A stretch of DNA of 64,000 nt. Origin: Vicugna vicugna. Its lineage: Eukaryota. Positions within the stretch are counted from its first letter, which is position 1; the number at the start of each line of letters is the position of its first letter. Where the stretch lies: NCBI GenBank assembly GCA_013265495.1, contig MU059044.1, positions 3,201,824 through 3,265,823 of the forward strand, given 5' to 3'. Both the position numbers and the translations under genes were made by a program. The notes under the pieces were generated by a model. It made no database searches, was not told where the DNA came from, and was given only the letters and a program-made list of their open reading frames with translations. This document shows positions 62,991 through 64,000 of this stretch, piece after piece.

Positions 62991-64000
62991 CCCCTCTTCT
63001 CTGCAAGGTTTTTTGCTGTTAAGAAAACTGGGGAACTTTCACAGAGGCCATTACTGAGGCCATTCCCGGTGCCAGGCAATGAACTGGATGTTTAAATGCT
63101 CTGACTGTTCTAATCCTTCCAACGTGCAGCATGGTAGGTTGTCACTTCCCATTGCAGACAGTAAGTAAGGCAAAGAGGAGCTATGCCACTTACTCAAGGT
63201 GGTGAGGGGCCAACATTCACACCCAGGTCTCACTCCAAACAGCGATGATGCGACAGTCCTCCCACCCTACCTCTTCAACATCAATATTACACAAAATATC
63301 CACCCTTCGATGCCATGCTATTCGCATGCCGGTGACAGGGGAAAGCTAGCCAGAAAGCTAACCAGTCACACCTAGGACCAAAGACCCTGCTGAAACCTCC
63401 CAGGAGCCCAAGGAGGGTTAAGAAAATGAGCTTCAGGGTTGGAAAAACAGATGGGGTGGACTGCCGTTTGCTTTGAATCCCACCAGGAAACAAAGCACAG
63501 AAGACAGGTGAGCAGTGTTTCTGGCAGCAGACGAAAGTGAAAATGAAATCTCTTCTAAGCTGCCAATGTGCACCTCTCCTTCAGTGTAACAACATTGCTG
63601 AATCCACAGCTGCGGACATGCCAGTTATGGTTCAAAACCCTTTCTGTTTTAGCCCCAACTCAGTCAGTCAGAATTAGCAGGGAAGGATTTTTTTTTTTAA
63701 AGAATGCTTTTCGGTCATTGTCCTCCAAAGTGGATGTTAAGTCACTGTGACTATATGTGAGGACTGGTTAGAGAAGCCCCCGGAGGTTTTGCTCAGGTCA
63801 GTGAAGAGGGCATTCTGCCCCATTTCCATACCCTGGACTTTAACTGGTACCTTCTTCAAAAAGATTTTTTTTCCCCCTGGAATTGTTTAAAACTTCAAAC
63901 ATCAAACACGGCCTCTGAGGAATCTGGTTGAGGGCACAGAATCCTTGCCAAGCCAAAGGGAAAAAAGAAATGATTTTGAATTAAGGAACTTACTCACTGG

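Noticed and set aside
63340-63365. 2x 12-mer GAAAGCTA(G/A)CCA
   Set aside because: Trivial local tandem duplication with no further structure.
760-63750. The many 60-200 aa six-frame ORFs
   Set aside because: No recognisable domains; most overlap MIR/L2/L1/LTR sequence or are antisense L1 frames. Expected background in mammalian DNA.
1-64000. CRISPR arrays, tRNA/rRNA genes, CpG-island promoter, prokaryotic-type systems
   Set aside because: No regularly spaced repeat-spacer array, no recognisable structural RNA, and no extended CpG island. The sequence is eukaryotic repeat-rich DNA.

Overview
Mammalian genomic DNA, most likely camelid (inferred from the style of the young L1 3' UTR; no Alu, B1, PRE-1, Bov-tA or CAN-SINE sequence is visible). 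I recognise no host protein-coding gene, RNA gene or CRISPR array. The window reads as intronic or intergenic DNA dense in transposable elements. These include many old MIR and L2 fragments, MaLR/ERVL/ERV1 solo LTRs, a few hAT non-autonomous DNA transposons, and several L1s. The L1s are an old, internally deleted near-full-length copy (~11.5-16.4 kb), a young 5'-truncated copy with uninterrupted visible ORF2 (44.1-46.6 kb), a twin-primed micro-insertion (17.3 kb) and old L1MB/MC/ME pieces. Ten N-runs are present. Inside the young L1, three of them match the expected length of the missing ORF2 sequence to the codon, so they look like masked sequence rather than estimated gaps. Repeat family names come from remembered consensus sequences, and boundaries are approximate unless TSDs are given. 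I found no convincing new biological system. The best leads are an unidentified ~400-bp segment fused to an L1 tail, a coding-like 114-nt exon candidate at 32.1 kb, and a few motif-rich non-repeat islands.
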